Assembly (NCBI GenBank): GCA_001661245.1
Contig: KV454012.1
Span: 1,363,811-1,410,903, forward strand
Reading direction: 5' to 3'
Length of the DNA: 47,093 nt
Source: Pachysolen tannophilus NRRL Y-2460
Lineage: Eukaryota
Positions 43,009 to 47,093 of the stretch are shown piece by piece. Below the pieces are notes generated by a model. The model did no database searches, was not told the origin of the DNA, and worked only from the letters and a program-made list of their open reading frames with translations. Positions within the stretch are counted from its first letter, which is position 1; every line of letters begins with the position of its first letter. The position numbers and the translations under genes were made by a program.

Positions 43009-46000
43009 TCATATTGTTGTATCATACAATCTAACTAATCTTTCACCACCACCATCTTCGAAAGCATAACCTTTAAATTTCTTCAATCTTTTTATTTGTC
43101 TCATTCTTCTAATCTTTTTATGGAATGAAATTAATCTTGGATTATGATCGTTAATGTTATATTTTTGAACTTCTTGAACAAAATGATAACTTTCTGGAGA
43201 ATACATTCTTTTATAGTACTTCCACAGAAAGTCTCTTACGAGACAAAGTAAAGGTAATATAAAAGTCATAGCCCAAAAAGTCAATGAACCAAATACATGT
43301 GGTAATACTCCTCTATATTCAGGAGAAACATTAACATTTGGTGCCACACTTGCGTACACCGGGAAAAAAATCAACCAGAATAAGAAAGAACCAGGGATTG
43401 CAATTAACGTGAATTTTGTCCAAAGATTTGAAACTAATGCAGCTTTGCCTAATGCAGTTAAAGTACAAGAAGTGAAAACAGCAGTACCCCAAGTCCAATG
43501 GTCCGCAATTAAACCATTCGGTAAAACATTACCATATCTGTACACAAACATAGATCCAACAAATAATATACCGCTATGATAAAATCCATTTATAATCCAT
43601 GTCCAAAAAATATTGGTGTTAAAAAAAACAGACTGTTGACCAAGTCTATATAACTGAGGATATCTTTCCAAGAATCTTGCAGAAATAAATTGATCAAACA
43701 CACCCAAGACAAATGGTGGCAGTACAGTAAAGAAAACATTATAAAAAGTTAATGTCCAACTCTCTATTATTGATTCACCACTAAAGCAGTTTGCAAACAC
43801 ATACCAAAATTGAGTCATATACAAGGCAATATTCTTGTAAAATGAATACAATATAGCTTGTGAAATTCTTTGGTATGACCATGAACCATGAACTAACAAC
43901 AATTTTTTCAAAAACTTGAATTGTCCAATTGCAAAATCAGCGCTTCTTGCAGCTTGCATTCCCTCCTTACCACTAATACCTACACCAACATGAGCTGCCT
44001 GAATCATACTGACATCATTTGCCCCATCTCCAACGGCTAATAACAACGATGATGTTTTTCTTTTAACTAATTTAACAACTAACGCTTTTTGTAAAGGTGA
44101 AACTCTGCAACAAATAACAGATTTACATAACATACCAATTTGAAGTAAATAATCCTCTAAGTCACTTTCTAGAGCAAAACCTAATGATTTACCATCAATA
44201 ATTAAGGCTAATGAATTAATTTCTTCATCCGTCAATTGTGTTGAATGAAGTGCATCTAATTTCGAAAGTAAATTATCACGAGTTTCTTCCTTAGTATCTT
44301 CGTTTATTATGAGTAAATTCATATCTTCACTTAATAATTTACAACTCATACCAATATTAATAGCTGTCTCCTGCTTATCACCCGTAAGAATCCAAATCTT
44401 AATTCCAGCATCTTGAAGTGTGTGAATAGTATCAGGAACATCTTCTTGTAATTTATCTTCAATTGCTGTTGCACCTAATAAAAATAAATCTTTTTCAATT
44501 AATTCTGCAACCTTATCTACTTCCTCAGCCCTATTAATTAAAGTAACCGAAGCTTTAGTATACCTTTTTAACCATTCTTGATATTCTTCTTCAGGAACAA
44601 TTCTAGTCGCAATACATAATGTACGAAGACCTTCAGCAGCAAAAGTTTCCAAGTGCAGGAGAGTGGCATCAACAAACGGATTATCATCATGAAGCCTTTC
44701 TAAAATAACAGTATCAGCACCTTTGGTATATAATCTAATACTACCATCCGGACATCTGAAAAGTGCAGACATTCTTTTTCTTGTAGAGTTAAATTCACAA
44801 ATATTTAATAATTCATAAGATAAACTTTGACCATTTCTTAATTCGATGGTAATAGTGGATGGAGTTCTAGACTTAAATTTATAGCCTAAAACTCTTGCAC
44901 CATCAACCAAAGCACCTTCATCTGGAGATGCTGCCTGGTATTTAATAGTTCCATTTGGTTTAACTTCTGGAATAACAGTATGACAAGCTGCCAATAAAGT
45001 TAAAAATTCATCAATAATTGGTCCTTGTTCTTCAGAATCATTATCTAAAGTGTCAAAAAGGTCTTCAAAAGAGTGATAACCAGTTTCAATTCCATCAGTA
45101 CCAACTGTAAACTTTTCATCTTCAGGAATTTTTTCAATATAGCACTTCCCACCAATGGTACAAGTTTTGAATTCCATAACATTTCTAGTAAGAGTACCTG
45201 TCTTATCACTGAAAATATATTGAATTTGACCTAATTCTTCAATAATACTTGAAGTTCTCACTGTTGTTGGTGTATCTGTTTCTTCACAGTATAAATCTAA
45301 ATCTGAAGAAATCATGAAGCCTTGGTAAACTTTTATTATTTCAACCGTGACAAATAATGAAATTGGAACTAAATTAGAAAATAAAATCCAATAAGTTAAA
45401 AGATCTTGAAAGAAAAGTGCAAATTTATTTTTACCTTCAAGATATAAATAACTTAAATGTTTTTGATCAAAAGTAATTTTAAGAACGTTTCCTAAAGATG
45501 AAATAAATGATAGTATAACTAAGATTCCAAATAAGAAAAGAATTTGTAGATTAATAATTCTTTCAACTGCTGTTTTTTTAATTGGAGCAGCTGTTGCATT
45601 TCTCATTAATTTTGTTTCATGTCCTGTGAAAATGACTATACCATTAATGAACCCTGTATTTCTTAAAGTTGCACCTCTTAAAACCATTTGTTCAGGGTTT
45701 AAAGGAATTTCATTTCCATTTAAAATCAATGTTCCTTCATAACCATAAAGAGAAGAATTTGGTTGTTCACTTAAAATTTTCCCATGTAATTCATTTTTTA
45801 ATTGAAAAGGTTCAATAATTTTAGAAGTTTCTGATCTTGCTTGTTTTATTTTCAAATTTGTTTCACCATCCAAATTTGAAGTTTCTATATAACATAAACC
45901 TTCAGGTTCAGATGTTGATAATATAATTAAATCTGCAGGTATTGGTTCTTCAATTTTGACACGAACAATGTCACCAACTTTAACATTTATCCATTTTGTT

Positions 46001-46896
46001 AAATGGAAATCTCCATTACGTAAAACTTCAACTTTTGAGTTATAATTCAATTCATTATCAGCGGTTAATCTTTTAAAATCTTCCAAGATTTCTTTAAGTG
46101 CTGAAACTAATAATACAACTGCCAAAGTACCTATTGTAGTATATCTATTTGTTGGTGTAACGTTTGGTACTTGTTGTATAATTGATGTGAATAAGAAAAA
46201 TAAATTTGCATATTTTGAAAATTGTTCAAATAAAAATTTGGGAAGAAATGTTGCTAAATTATATTTTGTTGTACTTATATGATTATCGATATATTTGAAA
46301 GCATTATTTGATATTTGATCATTTATATGTATAATTCTTGGTTTTGAAGAATCATTTGTTATTGAAGAATGATTTTTATGAAATAATCGACTAAATATCT
46401 TTCTTATATCAAAATTATTTTTAATATCTTCACTTAATTCGGGATCTGGTGGAGCTCTACCATCTTTCACTATATAATCCGAATTCAAAGACAGTATATC
46501 ATCATCTTCATCATTGATAATTGGTCTATTGATGCCACTGTTGCTGATAGCGCCATTGGCGCTATAGCCGCCGTCATAGGCGGTTGCAGCGGCGCCACCA
46601 CTACCACCATTATTGGAATTATACTCATACTTATCACCAAATGGATTCAAATCATTAAGCGGTATACTTGACCCATCCACTTTATTATTCCCACCATCAA
46701 CCAAATCACTATCCAAAAAACTATCTTCAAATGGATTCAAATAAGCGCTATTATTAGATTGATCTTGAAAATGATGAGACTTACTTGTTTTACCTTCAAT
46801 CTTATTAGACCCAAATTCATCTTCCTCATTATCCGAATTTAAAAGATCAATATCAAATAACGTATTGGAATTAGCATTCAAAGGCCGCTTAGACAT
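43009..46896 (-). CDS. DRS2: P4-ATPase aminophospholipid flippase Drs2
   Basis: DGETNLK, PISL, DKTGTLT, GDGAND, QQ motif (IIQQVP), YDTT near the C-terminus; first ATG at 46896. Confidence 0.93.
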   Translation of the reverse strand: MSKRPLNANSNTLFDIDLLNSDNEEDEFGSNKIEGKTSKSHHFQDQSNNSAYLNPFEDSFLDSDLVDGGNNKVDGSSIPLNDLNPFGDKYEYNSNNGGSGGAAATAYDGGYSANGAISNSGINRPIINDEDDDILSLNSDYIVKDGRAPPDPELSEDIKNNFDIRKIFSRLFHKNHSSITNDSSKPRIIHINDQISNNAFKYIDNHISTTKYNLATFLPKFLFEQFSKYANLFFLFTSIIQQVPNVTPTNRYTTIGTLAVVLLVSALKEILEDFKRLTADNELNYNSKVEVLRNGDFHLTKWINVKVGDIVRVKIEEPIPADLIILSTSEPEGLCYIETSNLDGETNLKIKQARSETSKIIEPFQLKNELHGKILSEQPNSSLYGYEGTLILNGNEIPLNPEQMVLRGATLRNTGFINGIVIFTGHETKLMRNATAAPIKKTAVERIINLQILFLFGILVILSFISSLGNVLKITFDQKHLSYLYLEGKNKFALFFQDLLTYWILFSNLVPISLFVTVEIIKVYQGFMISSDLDLYCEETDTPTTVRTSSIIEELGQIQYIFSDKTGTLTRNVMEFKTCTIGGKCYIEKIPEDEKFTVGTDGIETGYHSFEDLFDTLDNDSEEQGPIIDEFLTLLAACHTVIPEVKPNGTIKYQAASPDEGALVDGARVLGYKFKSRTPSTITIELRNGQSLSYELLNICEFNSTRKRMSALFRCPDGSIRLYTKGADTVILERLHDDNPFVDATLLHLETFAAEGLRTLCIATRIVPEEEYQEWLKRYTKASVTLINRAEEVDKVAELIEKDLFLLGATAIEDKLQEDVPDTIHTLQDAGIKIWILTGDKQETAINIGMSCKLLSEDMNLLIINEDTKEETRDNLLSKLDALHSTQLTDEEINSLALIIDGKSLGFALESDLEDYLLQIGMLCKSVICCRVSPLQKALVVKLVKRKTSSLLLAVGDGANDVSMIQAAHVGVGISGKEGMQAARSADFAIGQFKFLKKLLLVHGSWSYQRISQAILYSFYKNIALYMTQFWYVFANCFSGESIIESWTLTFYNVFFTVLPPFVLGVFDQFISARFLERYPQLYRLGQQSVFFNTNIFWTWIINGFYHSGILFVGSMFVYRYGNVLPNGLIADHWTWGTAVFTSCTLTALGKAALVSNLWTKFTLIAIPGSFLFWLIFFPVYASVAPNVNVSPEYRGVLPHVFGSLTFWAMTFILPLLCLVRDFLWKYYKRMYSPESYHFVQEVQKYNINDHNPRLISFHKKIRRMRQIKRLKKFKGYAFEDGGGERLVRLYDTTI

Positions 46897-47050
46897 ATTC
46901 CTGATTCCAAATTCCTGATCCTGATTCAATTCAATTCGATTGATATTAATTAATATTCATTTGTTATATCTTGTTCATTACTTGTTAACTTCAATTTTAT
47001 CGCACGGTCCCGCCAACTCATCATCATCTTCCCGCACACGAAAATTTCTG

Positions 47051-47084
<34 letters not shown>

Positions 47085-47093
47085 AAAATAATA

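Overview
This is a very AT-rich budding-yeast (Saccharomycotina) chromosomal segment with two N-gaps; no prokaryotic, CRISPR or mobile-element signal was seen. In-frame CTG codons fall at positions where homologues usually have Ala, so it is probably a CUG-Ala clade yeast (Pachysolen-like) and the supplied translations misread CTG as Leu. Gene order: PSE1, CPR7, NDUFAF6-like, GEA, an orphan mitochondrial-carrier-like gene, URA3, TIM9, a BRD8/Bdc1-like bromodomain gene, MMS21, TAF12 (two exons), TUS1, tRNA-Ile(AAU), an unknown tail-anchored protein, TWF1, an NDD1-like gene, two tandem MNN4/LicD paralogues, SAM4/MHT1 and DRS2. The best leads are: (1) a bromodomain gene at the syntenic position of EAF5, linking Eaf5 to BRD8/Bdc1, with repeated H[KR]PxTRAM motifs; (2) a distant NDD1 homologue with tandem forkhead sites upstream; (3) an active/pseudo-enzyme LicD pair; (4) a mid-gene TAF12 intron with TAG-CAG-CAG-CAG tandem acceptors inside polyQ; (5) a DRS2 with a truncated tail and N-terminal NPFxD motifs. 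All homology calls are from recalled motifs, not database searches.
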